Source: Candidatus Fervidifonticultor sextus
GTDB lineage: Bacteria > Sysuimicrobiota > Sysuimicrobiia > Sysuimicrobiales > Humicultoraceae
Length of the DNA: 23,147 nt
Direction: 5' to 3'
Assembly: GCA_031459875.1 (NCBI GenBank)
Contig: JAVKHQ010000037.1
Coordinates: 1 to 23,147 of the forward strand
Part shown: in pieces, positions 16,774 to 23,147 of the stretch
Layout of the letters: the number at the start of each line of letters is the position of its first letter
Numbering within the stretch: the first letter of the stretch is position 1
Position numbers and translations under genes: made by a program
The notes under the pieces: generated by a model
Database searches by the model: none
What the model was told of the DNA's origin: nothing
What the model saw: only the letters and a program-made list of their open reading frames with translations

Positions 16774-17721
16774 CTATTCAGGCAACCCGAAGCGCCGCTC
16801 GATCAGGCGGCCGACGATCCGGTTGTAGGCGACAATCATGATCACCGTGATCACGACCAGCAGGACGGCAGCCGTTGACGCCAGTTCCCAGCTGAACGTG
16901 CCGAACATGAACTGGGCGATCAAGGTGGTCACCACCAGGAGGGTCTCACCCCCCAGGTAGTGCGGGGCCACGAAGGCACTCACCGCCAGCGTGAAGGCGA
17001 TGAGCGACCCCGAGAAGACTCCGGGCAGGCTCAACGGCCACGTGACGTAGCGGAACGTCCGGAGGGGGTCGGCCCCCAGACTCCCGGCCGCTTCGCCCAG
17101 CGCAGGGTCGATCCGCATGAGGGAGTTGAAGATGTTGAGCACGACGAAGGCCAGGGTGAACTGCACCAGGGCGATGACGACGGCGACTTCCGTCCCGATG
17201 AACTGCACCGGCTGCGCGACCAGGCCGAGGCGGACGAGCGCCGCGTTCACCAGGCCGCCGCGTGGCAGGAGGAGCATCCACCCCAGGACCACCACCAGGG
17301 GCCCGGCCAGGATGGGGAAGCTGAGTCCCAGGATGAGGGTGCTGCCGAGCCTGGCATGGAGCCGTCGCAGGATCAACGCAGTCGGATAGCCCAACAGCAA
17401 GGCTCCCACCACCACGAAGGTCGCCAGGCGCAGCGTGCGTGCAAACGCCTCGACGTAGACCCGCCGTTGTGCCAGATAGATGTAGTTGCCCACACCCACC
17501 GTTGCCTGGTCCGGAGGGAGCAGGGAGTTGGGTTGCAGGCTGTAGACGAAGGTGATGGCCAGCGGCGCGACCATGAAGACGAACAGGAAGAGGACACCGG
17601 GACCCAGCAGGAGCAGGGGCCCCCACGACACCCGACTGGGCCCCAGCCCTGCGCTCAGGCCGCTGCTCCCATTCCCCGGCGCGTGGGGATGTCCTGGCGG
17701 AGCGGTCTGGCCACGGCCCAT
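16774..17721 (-). CDS. ABC transporter permease, PotB-like (315 aa)
   Basis: C-terminal part of the 1008-aa track ORF. Start ATG 17721 behind GGAGGAGG. LLGYPTA, GWMLLL..GGLVN, EAA loop LGEAAGSLGA, PLSLPG, PHYLGG. Confidence 0.9.
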   Translation of the reverse strand: MGRGQTAPPGHPHAPGNGSSGLSAGLGPSRVSWGPLLLLGPGVLFLFVFMVAPLAITFVYSLQPNSLLPPDQATVGVGNYIYLAQRRVYVEAFARTLRLATFVVVGALLLGYPTALILRRLHARLGSTLILGLSFPILAGPLVVVLGWMLLLPRGGLVNAALVRLGLVAQPVQFIGTEVAVVIALVQFTLAFVVLNIFNSLMRIDPALGEAAGSLGADPLRTFRYVTWPLSLPGVFSGSLIAFTLAVSAFVAPHYLGGETLLVVTTLIAQFMFGTFSWELASTAAVLLVVITVIMIVAYNRIVGRLIERRFGLPE

Positions 17722-17747
17722 GCCGGTCCTCCTCCCATGACGTGCCT

Positions 17748-18320
17748 CTACCATGCGCCCTCGGCCTTGAAGACGGGAAGGATCCCCAGCGCCCGCACGC
17801 CCGCCCGCTCGTCCCCCTCCAGCAGCAACGCCGCGATGGAGACCACCTCGCCGCCGGCGTCCCGGACCAGGGTCCCCATGGCGTCGAGGGTCGCGCCCGT
17901 GCTGACGATGTCGTCGATCAGGCCCACCCGCCTGCCTCTGAGTTTGAGCGCGTCGCGGCCGTCCATGTAGAGTTCTTCCTCGGTCCGGGCCGTGATGGGC
18001 TTGTAGCGCACCGTAAGCGGCGAGAGCATGAAGGGCCGCACCTCCTTGCGACAGACCACGTAGGGCTTCAGCCCGCTGTAGGTGGCGATGGCGTGGGCGA
18101 GGGGGATGCCCTTCGTCTCGGTGGTGACGAAGACGTCGCAGCCGGCCAGGTCCGGCGCCAGGACCCGGGCCGCCCGGTCGATCACCTCCGTGTCGCCGAG
18201 GCTGTAGTAGTACGCGATCCAGGTATCCGGCGCCACCTGGATGAGCGGCAGCGTGCGGACGGTCCCCGCCACCTCGAGGTCGAACGTCGGCTGGCCACGA
18301 TACGGCAGGATGTGCGGCAT
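17748..18320 (-). CDS. Type I purine phosphoribosyltransferase, adenine-PRT-like (190 aa)
   Basis: ATG 18320 behind GAGGGT. ETKGIPLAH, VVCRK and PRPP-binding VGLIDDIVSTGATL. Confidence 0.85.
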   Translation of the reverse strand: MPHILPYRGQPTFDLEVAGTVRTLPLIQVAPDTWIAYYYSLGDTEVIDRAARVLAPDLAGCDVFVTTETKGIPLAHAIATYSGLKPYVVCRKEVRPFMLSPLTVRYKPITARTEEELYMDGRDALKLRGRRVGLIDDIVSTGATLDAMGTLVRDAGGEVVSIAALLLEGDERAGVRALGILPVFKAEGAW

Positions 18321-18374
18321 GGTCACCCTCTGCGATGCGACAGATAGCCTCCTCCTGCAGTTTCTTGCTCGCCC

Positions 18375-18402
18375 GCAGGAACCCTTGCGACAGCCGCGGA
18401 AG
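18375..18402 (+). promoter_or_regulatory. Sigma-H-like promoter GCAGGA-N18-GAAG for adenine deaminase
   Basis: GCAGGA 18375-18380 and GAAG 18399-18402; the ATG follows 9 nt later. Confidence 0.5.
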
Positions 18403-18411
18403 TCCGGGGCA

Positions 18412-20133
18412 ATGGATCTGCCGCGGCTCATCCGGGTCGCCCGGGCCAGGGAGCCCGCCGATCTCCTGTTGGCCAACGCCCGCGTCGTCGACCTCTACGG
18501 CCTCGAGGTCATCGAGGGCGACGTGGCCGTCGCCGAGGGCCGCATCGCCGGCGTCGCCCTCGGATCGGACCGGGGGACCTACCGGGCCCGCGAGGTCTGC
18601 AACCTGGAGGGGTCCTACCTGGCGCCGGGCTTCATCGACGGCCACGTCCACATCGAGAGTTCGATGGTGGACATCCCGGAGTTCGCCCGGGTGGTGGTGC
18701 CCCACGGCACCACCACCGTGATCGCCGACCCCCACGAGATCGCCAACGTGCTGGGGATGAGCGGGATCCGCTACATGCTCCAGGCCGCCAAGTACAACCC
18801 CCTCAGCGTCTTCGTCATGGCGTCGTCGTGCGTCCCGGCCAGCGTCATGGAGAGCGCCGGCGCCGAACTGACCGCCTACGACCTGGAGACGCTCATGCAG
18901 GACAAGTGGGTGCTGGGTCTGGCCGAGATGATGAACACGCCGGGACTGCTGGCCGGCGACCCGGAGGTCCTGGCGAAGATCGCCTCCGCCGGCGGGCGCC
19001 CGATCGACGGCCACGCGCCGGGGCTGGCCGGCCCGGACCTCAACGCCTACATCGCCGCCGGGGTGGGGACCGACCACGAGTGCACCACCGTCGAGGAGGC
19101 CCGGGAGAAACTGCGCCGGGGGATGTACATCCTGCTCCGCGAGGCCACCGGCGCCCGCAACCTCACCGACCTGCTGCCGTTGGTGACCCGCGAGAACGCC
19201 CGCCGCTGTGTCTTCTGCACCGACGACCGCACCCCGGGCCACCTGCTGTCCGACGGACACATCGACGCCATGGTCCGGCAGGCCATCGCCTGGGGCCTGG
19301 ATCCCCTGCTGGCGCTGCAGATCGGCAGCCTGAACGCCGCCGAGTGCTTCCGGCTGTATGACCGGGGGGCCGTGGCCCCGGGACGGCTCGCCGACCTGAT
19401 CGTCTTCGACGACCTGCGGGCGCCGCGTCCCCGGCTGGTGTACCGGCACGGCCGGCTCGCGGCCCGCGACGGCGAACTCCTCCCCTACGAGCGCCCCGAG
19501 CGGCTCCCGGCGCTGCGCAGTTCCATCAACGTCCCCCGCAGCACCCTGCACTTCCGCGTCCCGGCCCGGGGCCGTCGCATCCGCGTCATCGAGGTGATCC
19601 CCAACCAGATCATCACCGGCGCCACCATGGCAGACGCCGCGGTGGCGGATGGCGAGGTCACCGCGGACCCCGGGCGCGACCTGCTGAAACTGGCGGTCAT
19701 CGAGCGCCATGCCGGCACCGGCCGGGTCGGGGTGGGGTTCATCCGCGGCTTCGGGCTGAAGTTCGGCGCCCTGGCGTCCAGCGTGGCCCACGACGCCCAC
19801 AACATCATCGTGGTGGGCGCCAGCGACGAGGCCATGCGCGAGGCCGTCGAGGTGATCCTCAGGATGCAGGGCGGGCTCGCCGCGGTGGCCGGACGGGAGA
19901 CGGTCGCCCTGCCGCTGCCGGTCGCCGGGCTCATGTCAAGACAGCCGGCCGCGGCCGTGGCCGAGCAGATGCGCGCCCTGGACCAGGCGGCCAGCCGGAT
20001 GGGCTGCACCCTGGCGCATCCTTTCATGACGCTCTCGTTCATGGCGCTGTCGGTGGTCCCGGAACTGAAGCTGACCGACCGCGGCCTGCTGGACGTCAGG
20101 CGCTTCCAGATCGTCCCGCTGTTCGTGGACTGA
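18412..20133 (+). CDS. ade: Adenine deaminase (AdeC type, 573 aa)
   Basis: Start ATG 18412 (MDLPRLIRVA). PGFIDGHVHIESSM, ADPHEIANVLG, SCVPA, LAEMMN, DGHAP, DHEC, CTDD, SSVAHDAHN, L.VVPELKLTDRGL. Confidence 0.96.
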   Translation: MDLPRLIRVARAREPADLLLANARVVDLYGLEVIEGDVAVAEGRIAGVALGSDRGTYRAREVCNLEGSYLAPGFIDGHVHIESSMVDIPEFARVVVPHGTTTVIADPHEIANVLGMSGIRYMLQAAKYNPLSVFVMASSCVPASVMESAGAELTAYDLETLMQDKWVLGLAEMMNTPGLLAGDPEVLAKIASAGGRPIDGHAPGLAGPDLNAYIAAGVGTDHECTTVEEAREKLRRGMYILLREATGARNLTDLLPLVTRENARRCVFCTDDRTPGHLLSDGHIDAMVRQAIAWGLDPLLALQIGSLNAAECFRLYDRGAVAPGRLADLIVFDDLRAPRPRLVYRHGRLAARDGELLPYERPERLPALRSSINVPRSTLHFRVPARGRRIRVIEVIPNQIITGATMADAAVADGEVTADPGRDLLKLAVIERHAGTGRVGVGFIRGFGLKFGALASSVAHDAHNIIVVGASDEAMREAVEVILRMQGGLAAVAGRETVALPLPVAGLMSRQPAAAVAEQMRALDQAASRMGCTLAHPFMTLSFMALSVVPELKLTDRGLLDVRRFQIVPLFVD

Positions 20134-20170
20134 CCCCCCGGGGCAGACGACGCGGCTCGCTCGGGGGGGG
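20134..20170. terminator. Hairpin between convergent ade and hydantoinase genes (bidirectional terminator candidate)
   Basis: CCCCCCGGG...CTCGGGGGG imperfect stem fills the 42-nt convergent gap; no U-tract. Confidence 0.4.
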
Positions 20171-20175
20171 AACGC

Positions 20176-21558
20176 CTACGGTGGCGCAAACCGAGCCCGG
20201 GGGAGAAATTGCCCCCAGCCTGACTCGCCCAGGAACCGCTCGCCGTCCACCACCTGCCGCCCGCGAACCCACACCGCGGTCGGCACGCCCCGCACCCGCA
20301 GGCCCTCGAAGAGGTTGTAGTCCACGTTCATGTGGTGGGTCTGGACGCCCAACGTCCGCTCGGCCGCCAAGTCCCACAGGACCAGGTCGGCATCGGCGCC
20401 GACCGCGATGGTCCCCTTGCGGGGGGCGAGTCCGAAGAGCCGCGCCGGGTTGGTCGCCGTGAGTTCCACGAACCGGTTGAGGGAGAAGCGCCCGCTCTCC
20501 ACCCCGGCATGGTGGAGGACGGTCAGGCGGTCCTCGATCACCGGCAGGCCGTTGGGGATCTTCCGGAAGTCGTCCCGACCCAGGGTCTTCTGGGTCTGGA
20601 AGAAGAACGGACAGTGGTCGGTGGAGACTACCGACAGCGCGCCGTCGCGCAGCCCCGCCCACAGGGCCTCCTGGTCGGAGACGGTCCGGAACGGCGGCGA
20701 GCAGACGAACTTGGCCCCCTCGAACCCGGGACGGGCCAGGTCGTCGGCGGTGAAGATCAGGTACTGGACGCAGGTCTCGGCCCACACCGGAAGCCCCCGC
20801 GCGCGCGCCGCCCGCACCTGCTGCAGCGCCAGGTCGCAGGTCAGGTGGACCACATAGAGCGGCGCGCCGGTCACCGTGGCCAGCGCGATCGCCCGTCCCG
20901 TGGCCTCCCCTTCCAGTTCGGACGGCCGCGTCAGCGCGTGGTAGCGGGGCTCGAGGTGGCCGGCGGCGGCTGCCTCCTGGACGAGCAGGTCAATGGCATC
21001 CCCGTGCTCGCAGTGCACCATGGTCAGTAGACCCGCCGGACCGGCGCGGCGCATGATCCGGAAGATGTCGGCGTCTTCCACCATGACCCGGCCGCGGTAG
21101 GCCATCAGGACCTTCACCGTCGTGATCCCCCACTGGGGCAGGAGGGCGATCTCGTCCAGCACGGCCGGGGTGGGGTCGGTGATGGTCATGTGGAAGCCGT
21201 AGTCGATGCACGCCTTGCCGCGGGCCTTGGCGTGCCAGAGATCGAGGGCTTCGCGCAGGCTGGCGCCCTTCGGCTGGATGACGAAGTCGAGGTGCGACGT
21301 GGTGCCGCCGAATGCGGCGGCGACGTGGCCGGTGTAGAAGTCGTCGGAGGAGGTGATCTCGCCCAGGGGCATGTCCAGGTGGGTGTGGACGTCGATCCCT
21401 CCGGGCAGCAGGTACTTCCCGCGGGCGTCCACCACCGTCGCGCCGTCGGATGGGAGGTCGCGCCCGATGGCGGCGATCTGCTCGCCGGCGATCAAGACGT
21501 CGGCCCGGTAGGTCTCAGCAGATGTGACGATCGTTCCGCCCTTCAGCAGCGTGGCCAC
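20176..21558 (-). CDS. hydA: Dihydropyrimidinase / D-hydantoinase (HydA/HyuA family, 460 aa)
   Basis: GTG 21558 behind GAGAGG. PGGIDVHTHLDMP, GGTT, DYGFH, KVLMAY (carboxylated Lys), VHCE, YVVH, FVCSPP, STDHCPF, IPNG. Confidence 0.93.
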   Translation of the reverse strand: MATLLKGGTIVTSAETYRADVLIAGEQIAAIGRDLPSDGATVVDARGKYLLPGGIDVHTHLDMPLGEITSSDDFYTGHVAAAFGGTTSHLDFVIQPKGASLREALDLWHAKARGKACIDYGFHMTITDPTPAVLDEIALLPQWGITTVKVLMAYRGRVMVEDADIFRIMRRAGPAGLLTMVHCEHGDAIDLLVQEAAAAGHLEPRYHALTRPSELEGEATGRAIALATVTGAPLYVVHLTCDLALQQVRAARARGLPVWAETCVQYLIFTADDLARPGFEGAKFVCSPPFRTVSDQEALWAGLRDGALSVVSTDHCPFFFQTQKTLGRDDFRKIPNGLPVIEDRLTVLHHAGVESGRFSLNRFVELTATNPARLFGLAPRKGTIAVGADADLVLWDLAAERTLGVQTHHMNVDYNLFEGLRVRGVPTAVWVRGRQVVDGERFLGESGWGQFLPRARFAPP

Positions 21559-21569
21559 GGGCGTGCCTC

Positions 21570-22505
21570 TCACCGGATCGCAGTATAGCCTGCCAGGAGG
21601 GCGTAGGCCACACCCGACGCCACGGCGATGCTGACGATCCAGCTCAGGGGGATCACCCAGAACATCCGCCGGTTGACGGTCATCATCCCCTTGGTGAGCC
21701 CCACGCCGACCACCGAGCCCACGATCGCCTGGGACGTGGACACGGGGATGCCGACCTGGGTGAACAGATGGACCGTGACAGCGGTCCCGGCGACGGCGAC
21801 CAGGGCCGAGATCGGATCCAGGGCCGTGATCTGCTTGCCGACCGTCAGGATGACCCGCTCGCTGAAGGTCAGCACGCCGGTGGCGATGGCCAGGCCGCCC
21901 AGCAGCGCTCCCGCCGGCGCGCCCACCACCCCTACGGCGACAATGGGGGCCATGGCGTTGCCCACGTTGTTGGCCCCCAGGGCGTAGGCCGCATAGCACC
22001 CCACGGCCACGGCGCTGTAGCGCACCAGGCGCTGGAACATCAGCAGGCTGCCCAACCAGCGGGATGAGGCCCCGGCGATCGCCTGGTAGAAGAGGTACGC
22101 AATGACCCCGGCCCCGACCGGCGCCGTGACCATCGACGCTGCCAGTTTGGCCGCCGTAGGCAGGTGGACGGCCTGGCCGTGGAGCAGGCCCACGGAAACC
22201 AACGCCCCGAAAATCGCGTGCGAGGAGGAGACCGGCATCCCCAGGAACGACATGGCGGCCACGGAGAGGCCCGCCGCCAGCGTCGCCACCACGCTCGTCT
22301 CCAGGCTGAGCCGCGTCAGCCCCCCCAGGGTGGGGAAGATCTTCTCGCCCTCCGTGACCGCGCCCAGGAAGGCGAAGACCGCCGCCAGGACGATCGCCCG
22401 TCGGTAGGCGATGATATTGGCTCCCACCTGCGGGCCGAAGGTGTTGGCGGCGTCGTTGGCGCCGATCCCCCAGCCCAGGAACAGCCCCGGCAGGAGCGCC
22501 AGCAT
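21570..22505 (-). CDS. Inorganic phosphate transporter, PiT/PHO4 family (311 aa)
   Basis: GANDAAN and GANNVGNA signature repeats, GMPVSSSH and GIPVSTSQ motifs, multiple TM helices. Adjacent to DUF47. Confidence 0.92.
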   Translation of the reverse strand: MLALLPGLFLGWGIGANDAANTFGPQVGANIIAYRRAIVLAAVFAFLGAVTEGEKIFPTLGGLTRLSLETSVVATLAAGLSVAAMSFLGMPVSSSHAIFGALVSVGLLHGQAVHLPTAAKLAASMVTAPVGAGVIAYLFYQAIAGASSRWLGSLLMFQRLVRYSAVAVGCYAAYALGANNVGNAMAPIVAVGVVGAPAGALLGGLAIATGVLTFSERVILTVGKQITALDPISALVAVAGTAVTVHLFTQVGIPVSTSQAIVGSVVGVGLTKGMMTVNRRMFWVIPLSWIVSIAVASGVAYALLAGYTAIR

Positions 22506-22508
22506 GCC

Positions 22509-23147
22509 CTACAGCTTGCTGCCGATGTGGAGGATCTCCAGACGGTCTCCGGTGTCCTCGACCTGGTCGGAGATTTCGGTCAGGGTCTCGAGGAACTGGT
22601 TCAGGTGGATCTTGGCGGCCAGGGAGAGGTCCGAGGTGAAGATCTGCCGGGTGAGCTTCCACTCGATGTCGTCGATGGTGGACTCGGTGATGCCCACCAC
22701 GGTGAGCCGGTCGCGGATGGTCGCCTCGTCGGCCGTCGTGAAGAAGGTGTGGACCGCCTCGTGCAGGGCCGCGTAGGCGTCCTGGGTGTGGGTAAGGATC
22801 TGCCGCAGTGCGTCGGCAAGCTCCGCGGGGATCTCCGGCCGCTGGCCCAGCAGGAAATCGCAGGTCGTCTCGGCCGCGTCCGCGATCATGTCCATGCGCT
22901 CCACGAAATCGTGCAGGTCCGAGCGGAAGATGGGCAGGAACGCCCCCCGGTAGAGGAGGTCGTTAACCGACCGGCGCAGGCGGTCCGCATCGGTCTCCAG
23001 GTGGTCCACGTTGATCGCCCCGGCCTTGGCCGCCTCCAGCCGCCCGGCCAGATAGTCCTCCAGGACGTCGCGCGTGCGGGCGACGACCTCCCCGACCTTG
23101 TCCAGGTGCTGAAGGATCAGTTCCCGTACCTCCCTCTCGCGGCCCTT
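22509..23147 (-). CDS. DUF47 / PhoU-like phosphate transport regulator, 5'-truncated
   Basis: Frame is open to the window edge (KGREREVRELILQHL...). LETDADRLRR, GAFLPIFRSDL, DMIADAAE, ESTIDDIE, ISDQVED. Canonical pairing with pit. Confidence 0.88.
   Translation of the reverse strand, partial: KGREREVRELILQHLDKVGEVVARTRDVLEDYLAGRLEAAKAGAINVDHLETDADRLRRSVNDLLYRGAFLPIFRSDLHDFVERMDMIADAAETTCDFLLGQRPEIPAELADALRQILTHTQDAYAALHEAVHTFFTTADEATIRDRLTVVGITESTIDDIEWKLTRQIFTSDLSLAAKIHLNQFLETLTEISDQVEDTGDRLEILHIGSKL

Noticed and set aside
18321..18411. Purine or xanthine riboswitch in this or the other intergenic gaps
   Set aside because: No recognisable conserved aptamer core; the TCCTGC/GCAGGA stem is explained by two divergent -35-like elements. 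An Rfam/Infernal scan would be decisive.
17722..19800. N-terminal ~690 aa of the 1008-aa ORF, suggesting a giant permease fusion
   Set aside because: Antisense to ade and out of frame over the PRT gene; the real permease starts at ATG 17721 with a strong SD.
21559..22662. 828-aa ORF suggesting an N-terminally extended hydantoinase or pit fusion
   Set aside because: The extension is an alternative frame over pit with Gly/Arg/Pro-rich noise; GTG 21558 has an SD and the family N-terminus.
1..23147. Mobile elements, CRISPR arrays, tRNA/rRNA, tandem repeats
   Set aside because: The window is almost entirely coding with gaps of at most ~130 nt; no transposase/integrase motifs or repeat-spacer periodicity were seen.

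Overview
GC-rich (roughly 70% by eye) bacterial chromosomal segment holding a dense purine / N-heterocycle catabolism and salvage cluster: 19 CDS, 18 of them on the minus strand. Read in transcription order (right to left): DUF47 phosphate-transport regulator (partial), PiT transporter, dihydropyrimidinase/hydantoinase; adenine deaminase (the only + strand gene) divergent from an adenine-PRT-like phosphoribosyltransferase; two PotB/PotC-type ABC permeases; IclR regulator; a divergent SdhA/FrdA-fold flavoprotein and an SdhB-like Fe-S protein with no membrane anchor; a Tat-exported ABC substrate-binding protein; a COG0402 amidohydrolase; an ABC ATPase; a PucC-PucE-(8-oxoguanine deaminase)-PucD xanthine dehydrogenase; a fused [2Fe-2S]-Mo selenium-dependent-type xanthine dehydrogenase; SsnA (partial). 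The best candidate for an undescribed system is the IclR-linked cassette (about 8.7-15.9 kb). Its SdhA-like protein has lost the fumarate/succinate catalytic residues and the covalent-FAD His, its partner carries 2x[4Fe-4S] motifs, and it sits inside a split ABC importer within the purine cluster. Also notable: two probable non-canonical start codons (ATC, CTG) and a recurring sigma-H-like GCAGGA-N18/19-GAA motif in the three large start-proximal intergenic gaps. No rRNA, tRNA, CRISPR or mobile element was seen. All family calls come from motif recognition, not database searches.
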